A DNA stretch of 64,000 bases from Dimorphilus gyrociliatus (Eukaryota; Animalia; Annelida): the NCBI GenBank assembly GCA_904063045.1, contig CAJFCJ010000008.1:1054001-1118000 (forward strand), in the 5' to 3' direction. Positions 26,789-40,827 of this stretch are shown here, piece by piece. The position numbers and the translations under genes were made by a program. Position 1 is the stretch's first letter; each line of letters begins with the position of its first letter. The notes under the pieces were generated by a model, which saw nothing but the letters and a program-made list of their open reading frames with translations, was not told the origin of the DNA and ran no database searches.

Positions 26789-28566
26789 TTATTTAGAATT
26801 TTTTAATTGTTCGTCTTTTTTGAGCTGTTCAACTTTGTTTATAAACTTTATTATATCTTTACTTAGTAATTCAGGCTCTTCAAAAGCTCCAAAATGACCA
26901 CCTCTTTCCATATGTTCAAAATGAATGAGATTTGCAATTTTTGTTTCCACTCCAAGTTTAGTTATGGGAACAAGTTCATTTGGAAAATCAGCATATCCGC
27001 TTGGCACTTCAATAGGTACTCTAGTAATGCAAAATACAAAGAGTTTTTTAGATTAGAATGATTATAAAAACTTAATTAATAACTTACAAGCTCCAACGAA
27101 ATTGTAAATCTTCATTGCAAATATTTTCTTTATAATATCTTACAGATGATGTAATGCTGTTGGTACTCCAATAAATCATTATATTTGTCAATAGTTCATC
27201 CAGTGTAAATTTTTTTGTTAGTCCACCGTCGAAAAGGTCCTTATATGAACTATTTGTCCAAGTAGAAAACTTTTCCAAGATATAGCCTGCCAATCCGGCA
27301 GGAGAGTCTTGTAGAGCAACACCAACTGTGTCTGGTTTCGTGCCTTGGATATGGAAATAACCAGTTTCCAGTAGTACATTAAAGAACGATCCTATAAATG
27401 TTGTTTTGGCACTGTCAATCTCGTCCAAAAAGGAACTAGGAAACAATTGTGACAAGTAGTATTTGATCAGGGCAGACTTTCTTGCATAAGCAGGTATCCC
27501 CATGTTTACGTGCATACCTTCGATACTATTCGGATAAGCCGCAGACAGTAAACTGGCAATGAGTGATCCCCAATCGCCGCCTTGCACGTAAAATTTCTCG
27601 TATCCAAGTATATGCATTAATTTTCGAAATATGCGAGCAGTTTCAAGAGCATTGAATCCTAATTTATGAATGGAAAACACACGCAAAGTTTATAAATTAT
27701 TTTTTAGTAAATATAGAATATACAACCTTGTCTGTGAGGAGCTTCTGAAAAACCATATCCTGGTATAGATGGACAAATAATGTCGAAGCTTCCATTTTCC
27801 AAAAGTAATGGTATCATTTTGTAAAATTCCCAAATAGATCCAGGCCATCCGTGTATAAGTAAAATAGGCTTCACTGAAAAAAAAGAGATAGCGTTTAGGT
27901 TATATATATTTGTGTTATCAATGTTGAACGTTGGATTTGTATCTAAAGTTCTAGACATACCATTAAAAACGGTACAAAGACTATCTACAATCCAGTTTAA
28001 AAAAGATCAAAGTAATCCTCTATGTTCAGTATAATGGGAAGAGGTGTTATTCTTTTGTTTAATTGTTAGGACACTCATGTTCATAAAGTAGGTCCTTAAA
28101 AGAGTAAAAAGTTTATCTCACCATTTTTAGCTGCAGTTGTTTTTGCTCTTAAAAAGTGAACTTTTATGCCTTCAATTTCAACCTTGTAATGAGAAAATTT
28201 GTTCAATTCATTTTCATATTTCTTAAAATCATAGACATTTTGCCAATATAGTAAAATTGATTTCAAATGTTCTATATTTATTCCATAATGAAACTTTGTA
28301 TCAACCAAGGGTGAAGCAAATTTTGTTTTGCTTAATCTTTCTTTTAGGTCCTTAATCATGTGATCTTCAAACTTAATTTTGAATTCTTCTGGTTGAAATT
28401 TAAGAAAGTTTGGGTAATCTTTCGGTTTTTCTTCCAAAGCCCACCAGCCATCTTCTGCAATTTCAGGTTTTACAGCTGGGGAAAAGCACTTTAATAAACC
28501 TAAACTTGCAATAACTACAACAATACAAAATATTGGAGTAATTAAGAAATTTCGGAGGCAAGACAT
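26789..28566 (-). CDS. EPHX1: Microsomal / juvenile-hormone epoxide hydrolase, about 4 exons
   Basis: N-terminal anchor, HGWPGS oxyanion motif, [10 protein letters not shown], nucleophile [34 protein letters not shown] and [10 protein letters not shown]. Triad and lid tyrosines are intact. Confidence 0.95.
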
Positions 28567-28611
28567 TCTACTATCGCTGTAAAATGAATAAGATACGAAA
28601 TCTAAACGATT

Positions 28612-28646
28612 CGGAAGTAGGTGACAATACAGCGCTATCTAGCGGT
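28612..28646. promoter_or_regulatory. ETS core plus CTCF-like motif in the EPHX1/UBAC2 divergent promoter
   Basis: CGGAAGT at 28612-28618. The minus strand reads CCGCTAGATAGCGCTGT at 28645-28629 (one mismatch to CCGCTAGATGGCGCTG). Confidence 0.5.
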
Positions 28647-29018
28647 GAACACATTATAGTCTTTTTTGCTTTATTTTGCAAAGGTACATTTTGTCAATTA
28701 CGGTTCATTTGAAATTTTTGCAAGTATGAAAACAAATATTTATTTGCAGAATAATATTTTTTAATAATAGTCGATATATTATATTGTACCGGTTTTTCTT
28801 GATCCTGTATTCACATAGTTCAATAATTTCGTCAATTCGATATTCAACTGGAATACTATTTCTGCGAAACGAGTGTTGCTACTCTACCTTTTTTTTAATT
28901 CTTCTAAAACATTAATAAATCTGGTGAGATGTTTCTGATTGAAAATTATTGATTACTTTCAAGAATTTGAAAAAAAATTTACAAAGAATTTTTCCAAGAT
29001 CAGATAAAATTGAATGAA

Positions 29019-30366
29019 ATGTTTACACTACAAGGAAGCTACGGATTTTGTATGAGTTGATTTCTTTAAACATTTTATATGTATAATAATGACATACCTT
29101 TTAAATTAGATAAAGCACCAGTCAGCAAATTTATTTTGGGAACAATATGCATTGGAACAGGAGCAGCTACTTTTCCTTTGAGTAATCATAAAGATTGGTT
29201 TACATTCAATGCAACAGATTTAATTACGTCGTTTTCTGCAGTAAACGTTAGTTTTGTAAATTATCATGATAACTTCTAATAAGATATTAATATATATCCT
29301 ACAGGTATTGAGATATTTTTTGTACAGATTTGTATTTCTTAGTTTGAAGGATGCTTTTTCAGCAAGTATTTTAATTACTCAATTTCGTGTATTTGAGCGT
29401 CGTTATTCGTCTCGATATTATACAGTAAGTATGATTACATCTTATTTATTATATACTAATATCTGTTGGTAAATATAGAATCACCTCATAGCGGTTTCTA
29501 TTCTCTTCTGCGGTTTAGAATTGTTGACTGCAGGAATTCTTAAATATAAATTTGAAACATTCAGCTATAGCCAACTTCCTTCCGGACCGTAAATATTTAT
29601 TCATCCATTTGCTTTAATCACTAATAAATAATTGAAAATAATTAATAGGTGGCAATTGATTTTTCCTCTGTTTATACCCTTTTTCTGGGAAATACCAAGA
29701 GTGCCGATGACAACTTTTATGCACATACCAGTCACAGGCAAAAGTTTTGTTTATATACTTGGTCTACACGTAAGCTAATTCTTTTATATACACAAAAATA
29801 ACTATACACTAAATTTTAACTATACTTTTTAAAGATGTGCAGTACCGACAGCAAGTCAACGCTACTGGCTTTTCTGGGCCTGGTAACATATTTATCTTTA
29901 CTCCCGTTTAGCACTAAAATACAGATATATTTCTTTTAGCTTGTTGGTGTTCTTCACAAAAATAACTTTGGTTACATCAGAACTTTTGTAAAAGTTCCAA
30001 AAATGCTGTCATCTCTTTCAAAGTGGCTCATTGGCAGTTTAATAGAATCTAAACCGCCTGAAAATTTAGATGCCCAGTTTGGTGCAACTTTAGAAATTCA
30101 AGTATTGTTTTGCCATAAATACCAAATAAATGAGATTATTCAACTTTTGTTTTCAGCGGGAAGAGCAAATGGATCGTTTAGAAATGATGTTCAATCGAAA
30201 TCTTATAGAACGAAACCGTCTCATGGGTGGACAAAGAGCTGAACCATCTCAGGAATTGGTAAATCAGCTTGTTGAAATGGGATTCAGCAGAGACAGAGCT
30301 GAAAATGTCCTACGACAAACAGACGGTGATATGAATGCGGCAATGAGTTTACTTCTTGCTCAATAA
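29019..30366 (+). CDS. UBAC2: Ubiquitin-associated domain-containing protein 2 (rhomboid pseudoprotease + UBA)
   Basis: MFTLQGSYGF|YKAPVSKFIL matches the UBAC2 N-terminus. FRVFERRYSSR, LDAQFGATLEIQREEQMDRLE and a C-terminal UBA domain LVEMGFSRDRAENVLRQTDGDMNAAMSLLL follow. Confidence 0.9.
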
Positions 30367-30438
30367 CTCTTTATGTAAAATCAGTCTATTGTTTATGTAC
30401 AAATATACACAAATTAGAAAAACTTTAACTTCAGTAAT

Positions 30439-31451
<1,013 letters not shown>

Positions 31452-31868
31452 GTTGTAGAAACGATATTACAACGACAGAAAATTGTGTGGTAATACTCCA
31501 ATAGCAGAGATTTATTTTTGTTAATTTGTAATTGATAAATTTATGTTTTGCTATAAATTTTATTAAAAATGCCAACGAGCCAAAAATAAAATTTCAAAGA
31601 TAATAAATTATATTAGTTTAGTAAACAAATTAAACTATAAAGATTATTTACTTTTCACACTGACAACAATAGCTATTTTGTGTTACTTGAAAAGGTTTAA
31701 CAAAAGTTATTTCAAATAGAGAGTAAAAACGAAAAATGATAAACTTTTAATTTAAAACATTTTAAGTATTATGGTCTAGAGTAATTTGAACTGTTAGAGC
31801 TAGTGCCAAAATAGGATAAGTTCATTGAAAAAAAACCACTTATGTTAACTTCGCAGTAATTTTAATTT

Positions 31869-31878
31869 GCGCATGCGC
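31869..31878. promoter_or_regulatory. NRF1-type palindrome in the NKAP/TNKS divergent promoter
   Basis: Perfect GCGCATGCGC, 72 bp before the tankyrase ATG, in otherwise very AT-rich DNA. Confidence 0.6.
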
Positions 31879-31949
31879 GAAGATATAACTGTCATAAAAC
31901 TGGTTGGATTTGTGTATTAGTTGGAGAATGTTTTGCTAGCAAAACAAAT

Positions 31950-34900
31950 ATGGCGCTGAGGAGAGGAATAGTAAACTCCGATCAAGAAGTAGAAAGTGAC
32001 AATCATCGCGAACTATTTGAAGCCTGTAAATCAGGAGATGTAATCAAAGTTAAGCGCTTGTGTACCACTCAGAACGTAAATGCCAAAGATACAGCAGGAC
32101 GAAAGTCTACTCCTTTGCATTTTGCAGCTGGTATGAAATTTGTTTACAATCAGAAATTTAGTATTTATCTAAGTATTTCTAGGATTTGGTCGAAAGGACG
32201 TTGTTGAGCACTTGTTAAATTTTGGAGCAAATGTTCATGCAACTGATGATGGTGGATTAATACCTTTACATAATGCTTGCAGCTTTGGACATGCAGAAGT
32301 AAGTTTTTTCTTAAATGCCCAAATTAGTATAAATATTTTTACTGTTTATCTTAAATTTGTAAGGTTGTAACACTACTATTACAACACGGTGCTGATCCAA
32401 ATGCTCGCGATAATTGGAATTATACGCCATTACAAGAAGCAGCAATAAAAGGAAAAATTGATGTCTGTATAGGTGAGTAATTATTAGGGCAAAATTGCTT
32501 TAGCGCAGTCTAATGGGTTCGTTATTTCCAGTTTTATTACAAAATGGGGCCGACCCCAAAATTCAGAATACCGATGGTAAAACTGCATTAGATTCAGCTG
32601 ATCCCGCTGCCAGAGCTGTTCTATCAGGTGAATATAAAAAGGAAGAATTATTGGAATCTTCAAGAAGTGGTAGCGAAGAAAAAATGCTTCAATTAATAAC
32701 ACCGTTAAACGTAAATTGCCACGCCGCTGATGGTCGAAAGGTAAAGTTTTATTTCAATTTATATTTAAGAAAGAACAAGAAATATTGATTTGATTCGATA
32801 TTTTATTAGTCAACTCCACTACACTTAGCGGCGGGATACAATAGAACAAGAATTGTACAAATATTATTACAAAATGGGGCTGATGTTCATGCTAAAGACA
32901 AGGGTGGATTGGTTCCACTTCACAATGCATGTTCTTATGGACATTTTGAAGTTACAGAATTACTATTGAAGGTTAGAATAGGTCAATTAATCTCAAGGGA
33001 AAGTGAATAAACGGTTACATTTAAACAGAAAGGTGCCTGCGTAAACGCTATGGACCTTTGGCAGTTTACACCACTACACGAAGCCGCTGCTAAAAATCGA
33101 GTTGAAGTATGTTCTCTATTGTTAGCTCATGGAGCCGATCCCACCTTAGTTAATTGCCATTCAAAATCTGCTTTGGATTTAGCAACCTCCGAATTGAGAG
33201 AAAGGATTGCTTGTAAGTCATAAATTTATTTTATAGGCTTTGCTCTGAAATAATTTTGTTTTTTCTTTTTATCATTTCGTATTAAGACGAACATCGAGGC
33301 CACATTATTTTAGAAGCTGCCAGACAGGGGGATACCACACGCCTAAAAAAGCATTTATCTATAGAATTTGTTAATTTCAAACATCCATTTACCGGCGATA
33401 CCCCACTAGTAAGATTTTTATTATTTTTGTATTTGTTATATTGAAATATTTATTATAAAAATTCATTAGCATTGTGCGGCTTCATCTGCGTACCAGAAAA
33501 GAAAAGCCATTTCTGAATTACTAATAAGAAAAGGTGCCGACTTGGACGATAAAAATAGGGAGTAAGTTATTATTTGTTTACAATGAATGAAGCACATATT
33601 ATATCTATTTTTTTTACGACTTTCAGGTTTTTGACGCCTCTACATATCGCCACTGACAAAGGTAATTTAGATGTTTTGGACACACTTCTAAAACACAGTG
33701 CCAAGGTCTGTTTTAAATAGGGGTAGCTGCTTTTGAAAAAAGATAAAAAGGATTATTTCTTATACAGGTAAATGCTCTCGATGCCCTTGGCCAGACTGCT
33801 TTGCACAGGGCCGCTACTGCAGGAAATGGACAAGCCTGTCGAATCTTACTCTCATTTAGCGCAGATCCTAGTATTGCCTCTCTCCAAGGATTCACTGCTT
33901 CACATCTTGCACCTGAGGATATACAGAAAATGTTAAGAGGTATGCAAGATTTCTTTTTTTGTCAATTAAACACTAATGCATTTATTTTTCTGTTTTTCAG
34001 AGGACGTTTCAGTTTCTGGTAGTGACGCAGATGTACAATTGCTGGAGGCTGCTAAAACGGGTGATTTAGAAGTAGTTAAGGTAAATTTTTCTTAATGGCA
34101 AGCAAAGAAGTAAAATCGATTCAATGTGTAAATTTTCTCTATAGAGATTGATAACTGCTCATCCGCATGCTGTAAACTGCCGAGATGTCGATGGGCGACA
34201 TTCGACTCCCCTACATTTTGCTGCTGGCTATAATCGAGTTGGTGTTGTTGAATTTTTACTACAGAACGGAGCCGACGTACACGCAAAAGATAAAGGGGGT
34301 CTTGTTCCTTTACACAATGCATGCTCTTATGGACACTTCGAAGTAAATATGACGTAATAGTTTTTCAGATAAGGTGATAAATGATATTCCTAATGTAACA
34401 GGTTACGCAATTGTTGTTAAATCATGGCGCCTCTGTCAACGTAGCTGATTTATGGAAGTTTACACCATTACACGAAGCAGCAGCTAAAGGAAAATTTGAT
34501 ATTTGTAAATTGTTATTAAAGCATGGCGCTGACCCTAACAAAAAGAACCGGGACAGTCATACGCCTTTAGATCTTGTTAAAGACGGTGACCAGGATGTTG
34601 CTGACTTATTAAGAGGTCAATAGAGATTATTTTTTTTCGTATAAAATTAATCAATAACTGTTATGTTTTTTCCAGGCGACGCAGCTTTGTTAGAGGCAGC
34701 AAAAAAAGGAAATCTGCCAAGAGTTCAAAAATTATTGACAGCAGATAATATTAACTGCAGGGACAATCAAGGACGAAACTCAACGCCTCTTCATTTGGCT
34801 GGTACGTATGAGAATATTTTCTTAAGTGTATTATTAATACGAAGAACAAATTTTCTATTCGTCACAGCTGGCTATAATAATGTAGAAGTAGCTGAATTCT

Positions 34901-36689
34901 TGTTAGAACGTGGCGCCGACGTTAATGCTCAAGATAAAGGTGGATTAATACCTTTACATAATGCTTCTTCCTATGGAGTAAGTTGCTTAACTATTAAGTC
35001 CACTATTAACCTTACTAATTTTCTCTTCCAACAATTTTTATAGCACGTAGACATTGCAGCCGTGTTAATTAAATACAAAGCAAGTGTTAATGCCGTCGAC
35101 CGATGGGGTTATACACCTCTACACGAAGCCGCTCAAAAAGGTCGAACACAATTATGCGCACTTTTGGTATGTTAAAACTATAAATTAACACTAGTGTCTT
35201 TCAATATATATATAAAATATTACTATTTTAATAGTTGAATCATGGAGCTGATCCGATGTTGAAAAATCAAGAAGGACACACATCATTTGACTTATCAGCG
35301 GTAATTCAGTAATAATTTTTTTAGTTAAAAACAAAATTAAATGTATTTTTTTTAATTTCTATTAAGGCTGAAGACGTAAGGGCATTGCTAAAAGATGCAA
35401 TGACACCTGGAAACAATACATCTCGTTTGAACGATAATTCTACACTTCAAGCCAGCTGTCTATCTTCTCCAAGCTGCGATTTAGCACCTAGCGGAGCAGA
35501 GTCAAAATTACCGCCTACAATCGCATTGGGCGATACTGGAGATAATAATCTAACAGTTGCAAAATTATTGAAGGCCGCGGGCTTAGAAAGTTTGCAGGAA
35601 ATGTTCGCAAAAGAGCAGATTACGGTCGACGTCTTAGCCGAAATGGGTCACGATGAGTTGAAAGATATAGGTGTAACAGCTTATGGACACCGGTGAGCTG
35701 TTGAATATCATATCATATTTATCACGAATTTAATATTTTTTTTATGTCAAAATTATAGTCATAAACTTCTGAAGGCTGTTGATAAATTTATTCATCACGG
35801 TGTACAAGGCTCTACTGTTAGGTTCCCGTCCGCCACTAACGCTTCTGGTTCTTGTCAAACAACTTTAATTACTTTGAGACTTGATGACCCCGAATATAAA
35901 GCTGTTGATCATCTAGTAAGTTGGAATTTATCATTGTTTAAGTGTTCATATCATCAAATCACTTTATTACTGTGTAGATGCAATCAACAATAAGAGAGCA
36001 CAAAGATAACTGTGGAGGAGTATTTAAAGCGTACAAAATTGCTAAGGTAAGTGCTACACTTATGTTTAAATACACGTAAATAATCATTTGACTTTTTGAC
36101 TAAAATAGATTCAAAGAATTAAAAATAAGAGATTATTGGATCGTTACTATCACCGAAGAGCAGAAGTGGCAGAAGAGAATGAAGGGAACGCAAATGAAGT
36201 ATCCTTATTTCATGGTTCACCATTTGTTAATTCTATTGTTAAGAAAGGATTCGATGAACGACATTCGTATTTAGGTGGCATGTTTGGTGCCGGTAAGAAT
36301 TGATCAAACGTACATTTTTTCTTCAAATTATACATTTTTTCAAATTTATTACTAAAGGCCTCTACTTTGCTGAGAACTCTTCAAAAAGTAACCAATACGT
36401 TTACGGTATTGGAGGTGGAACTGGATGTCCTTCGCACAAAGACAAATCTTGCTACGAATGTGAAAGACAGATGATCTTATGTAAATTAACCCTAGGCAAA
36501 AAGTTTATTCAGTATTCAGCAATGAAAACCGCCCATTCGCCTCCAGGACATCATTCCGTTGTTGGACAACCAACACCGGGTGGTCTAAATTACGCGGAAT
36601 ATGTCGTATATAGGGGCGAACAGGCATATCCCGAATTTCTCATAACATATCTCATTGTGAAACCGGAAGATGATCCGTCCGACAATTGA
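31950..36689 (+). CDS. TNKS: Tankyrase (ankyrin repeat clusters, SAM, PARP domain)
   Basis: Repeated [12 protein letters not shown] / [14 protein letters not shown] ankyrin clusters. SAM motif [25 protein letters not shown] motifs [21 protein letters not shown], Zn site [12 protein letters not shown] and [15 protein letters not shown] (H-Y-E intact). Confidence 0.97.
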
Positions 36690-37062
36690 TCAGTTGTGAG
36701 AGGATAAAGTATTTTTTATCGACTGTGATTACTAAAACTGTCAGACGGAGAAGAATATCTTCAAAACTACCTTTTTTCACTGTATTTGAGAAGAACTTGT
36801 TTTTTTTTTTATTAAGAAAGGCAATTTTATATACTCGTCAAACTCAAAAAAAAATAAAGAGAAACGTCATTAAGGGTCTTTCTTTTGATATATCTGACCT
36901 TTTTTTTAAGTCTGTTTTAGACGCTTTTAGAAATAAAGAAAAACAAAATAACAAAAAGCGTCATATTTAATTGTAAACTTCTTACTTTTTATTGAGTTAA
37001 AAAATTTAATATATTAATAAATGATGTGTTATTAAAAAAAATGAAAAATTGAAAAATTAATA

Positions 37063-39845
37063 TTACAGATCAGTACTGTTTCTTTCTGAGAAGTTGTCAT
37101 CTCCATCGTTGTTATTTTGTTCATCGATGGCATCAAGCTTTATGAGATTACCTCTTTTATTTCGTAAAATCTACATATGACAAACGATTAAATGCATATA
37201 CAGTATATTTATGGCACAGTTATATTTACCTCATTATTCGAACTTTGAGGCTTTAGATTATTACTTGGAAGAGATTTACTTCGCTTCATCTGTTTAAATA
37301 ATCGAAATTAATCTTCATTTTATATACGAAATGACTAGTTTATCTGTTTTTTTGTCTTTTCACGAACCAGTATTCCTTTTAGTTCAAAGATTGCCTCATC
37401 TGGTTTCTTATCCGGTAACGATGGCTGGTGTGTTTTTTTTCAAGAAAAAGAAAAACATAGTTTGATACGAATGTTCTTTATTGTCTTAATGAAGGCAGCT
37501 ATAATTTATTTATACATACCCTTCTGGTAACTTTTTTCAAGGTTTTTCCACTTCTTATCCTTTCCATCATCTCATTGATAGCATCATTCATATGAAGTTT
37601 ACTTTCTAATAGAGATGTAAAAGTAGTTTTGACGTTAATAATTCAAAATATAAGTTCATACCTGGTTCATTCGTTTTCAAGGACTTTTTACTCTTGTTAC
37701 CTTTGATAATATCTACCAACGGCCTATAAACAAAAGAGGAGTGGATTAATTTTTTGTTTTCTCTTCATTTTCAGTAAATTAAACTTACTTAAATATGGCA
37801 ATAGGAGGTGGCGGAGGCAAAGGTGGAATTGGAATATTTGATTTTAGCCTTTGATTTGCAACTTCTAAATCTTTTTCTAATTGTATAATTTCTTTCTGTA
37901 ATTTATCTAGATGCTTTTCACTTTCCTTCTTCTTGCTCTCTTCCGCTTTTAATTCATTTTCTAGTTTTGTTAAAGATTGCTTTTGATTTTCGAAGAGTTC
38001 AGCAATGATTTTATCTGGATTTTTCTTAATTTTTTAAAAGGGAAGACAAAGATTAATTTTAGAATATTTTATAATTAAATAATAATTACATTTGAGGTTG
38101 AAAAGTATACTTCTATTTCTCTAAAATAAGTTTGTATGGAAGTAACAAGCTTTTGTAAAGTGTCAGCTTGATTGTCTGTATGATTATTGATAGTAATATT
38201 TGTATCTGGCGAATCTATAATATGAATTTCATTAAGTGAGCTTGTTGATTCTTTTCTAAGTGCCTTGTTATGACTTTGGCTGGCTTGAACTAATTTTTTT
38301 AGATAGTTTATTTCTTTTATACATTGATCTTTTTCATTTTCGAGCGATACACAATTTGTTTCAAGACTTTTCAAATCTTTTCTTAATAAGTTATTTTCTT
38401 GTTCGCAAGTTTCAATAACCATTTTAAGATCATTAATTTCTTTCCTTTCCCGACTCTTATCCAACTTTTCCATCAATTCACTTATCTATTTAAACAAAAG
38501 CTATAGTTGGTTATGGTTTAATGATAATTAAGATAATACTTCTTTCTCTTTTTGTTGTTTTAACTCTTCTAAACGTAGTATTAAATTATCATTTTCAAAA
38601 AGGGCTTTTTGTAATTGTTCATCCTTTGACGCTTCAAGGAGAATGTGAGCGCTTTGTCTAACAATAGAGTCTCTTTCGGCTTTAAGCTAGCATTATTAAA
38701 AAACAACTGTAGCGTTTTTAGTAATATATTTATTCAAAATGACAACTTACATGAACACTTCTCTTTGCAATTTCTTCTTTCAATTCAGTCTCTCGAAGAT
38801 ATCTCTCTTCCAATTCTTCGTACTGTTTAGCAGCCTTCTTGGACAAGCTCGAAACATGATCTAACGTTTTCTTTAAAGTATCTTCACTTTGTTTTAATTG
38901 ATCTCTTTCATTAGACATTGCTCGCAATTGTTGATATAAATGAGATCTCTCATTGTCAATAACTCGAAATTCGGCATCTTTTTTTGCTAGCTGGTCTTTT
39001 AGATCTATCAAATATACGGTATATATATATAGAAAAAAGCTTCCTACTTTACCTGTTATAAATAATTATATTTACCTTCGATAAGAATATTGAGATGTCG
39101 ATTATCAGGAACATGGTCTTCAGTTTCATTTTTATCAGTAAGATTTCCTAACTCAACTATCGAGAGTTGACTATTATCAACATGTTGCAGTAATAAAGCA
39201 CTTTGACGCTTTAATTGTTTATTTTCTTTATAAACCTAAATGTTCCGCGTTTTATTAATAAAAAGTTTTTTCATAAATTATTAATAGAAAGTCTTAACCT
39301 GACTGGCGTAATTTTCCGCTTTTCTACGACATTCTTCCTCAATTTCATGCCTAGTTTTTAACTGCATAAATGCTTCGATAGCTGGTTCAGCGACTAGATT
39401 ACAAGAAAATACACTTAATAATTAATGTTATATTTGAAATGATACACTATTCATAGATTATAGAAATTAAATACATGTCAACTTGTTGTTCATACAATAC
39501 AGTTCCAAATAGCTAATACATACCAGTTTGTAATTGCTGTAATTTCTTTTCCGTATCCTCCAACCTTGTACAAACTTTTTGATGCTTAAATTACAGCATT
39601 TGTTTTAAAACCATATAACTTCTGAATATGTTTATTTATACATACTATTTCATAATTTTCATTATACTTTGCCAAAAGACTCTCATAGTCAGTAACCCCT
39701 TGATGAATTATATAGTTCGTTTTGTAAATAAATATAATAGACATATTTACAATAATAACAAACCAGCGTTTGCTAGATCTTTTAATGTATTTAATTTCTT
39801 TTCACTTTCTTCATATTTGGTTTTCCAATGTTCTTTGGAATCCAT
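37063..39845 (-). CDS. SHTN1: Shootin-1-like coiled-coil protein with Pro-rich and WH2-like C-terminal motifs
   Basis: EIEEECRRKAENYASQVYKENKQLKRQSAL (cf. EIEKTCRESAEALATKLNKENKTLKRISML), IPIPPLPPPPP, AINEMMERIRSGKTLKKV and EAIFELKGIL. The start may extend upstream to about 40136. Confidence 0.8.
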
Positions 39846-40827
39846 TTTAGTATTTACTTTTCTACGTTTTCGGTTTGTTCTCTCTACGAAAGCATTAAGA
39901 GATCTATTATAGTAACTGTATAATTCTTCCGCTTTTTCTTGAATAAAAATGAACCTGAACGAAATAATTTTCAATCTATATTAGTTCTGTTTCGTTTCTA
40001 GTGCAAAAATTAATAAAAATGTGTATGTGTACTGTAACAGTTAGAGATTAACGATAAATTAGCCTTTAAAAATATGATAGATTTGCTCCTACCTGAAGAT
40101 ATATTTATACCCCCTTTCTTGTTTACTATATTCCATGTGCCATTTAATTGGCACTTTAGAAAGTTGAATTTCAACACGATTTAAGATAAATAAACTAATT
40201 TTATTTTATTTAAAGAAAAAAAAACTTTTAGTAAATTTTTATATGAATAAAAGAGACAAAACACTAGAGAGTGAAGAGCAAACTTATCCTGTTCTATATA
40301 TATTGAATATTAGGCTTACTTGGTCAATTCGCACAAATATCAACGTCGAGAATGACTCAATTACGGACTATCACAGCTTTTAAAGTTCATTCGTTTTTAC
40401 CAACAGAGGGCGTTTTCGTTCAAAAATCGTGACGATTCACGCCTATACACTGTATAATACATATTCAAACTTTATCGAATTAAATAATAATATAGTTTTA
40501 TCAGTGTATCAAATTTATGCTTACGGAATTGAAAAACAGTAGAATACAAAAAATTTGAATGAATCTATTAACTAACATGTTCCTCGATATTCCTTTTTAT
40601 GTGCCAATTCGAGAAAAACATAACACTTCGCTGTTTGTGATCAACATCAATACATATATATAATATATAACAAATCGTTAATATCAGACAGAGAAGATTC
40701 GTAGTGGCATGATAAGTAATGTTCAAAATATAATATAAATTTTAATTAATTTGCAAAATATCTATCAACAATAAAATTCATAATCGTCAGTTTTAATAAC
40801 ACAAGCAGCCTAAAGTTGTTTCATCGT

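Noticed and set aside
31950-35260. Recurring near-identical segments (TPLH.AAG.N, GG..PLHNA.S.GH) as a possible DNA repeat array
   Set aside because: These are the normal tankyrase ankyrin repeat clusters, not a CRISPR-like or mobile array.
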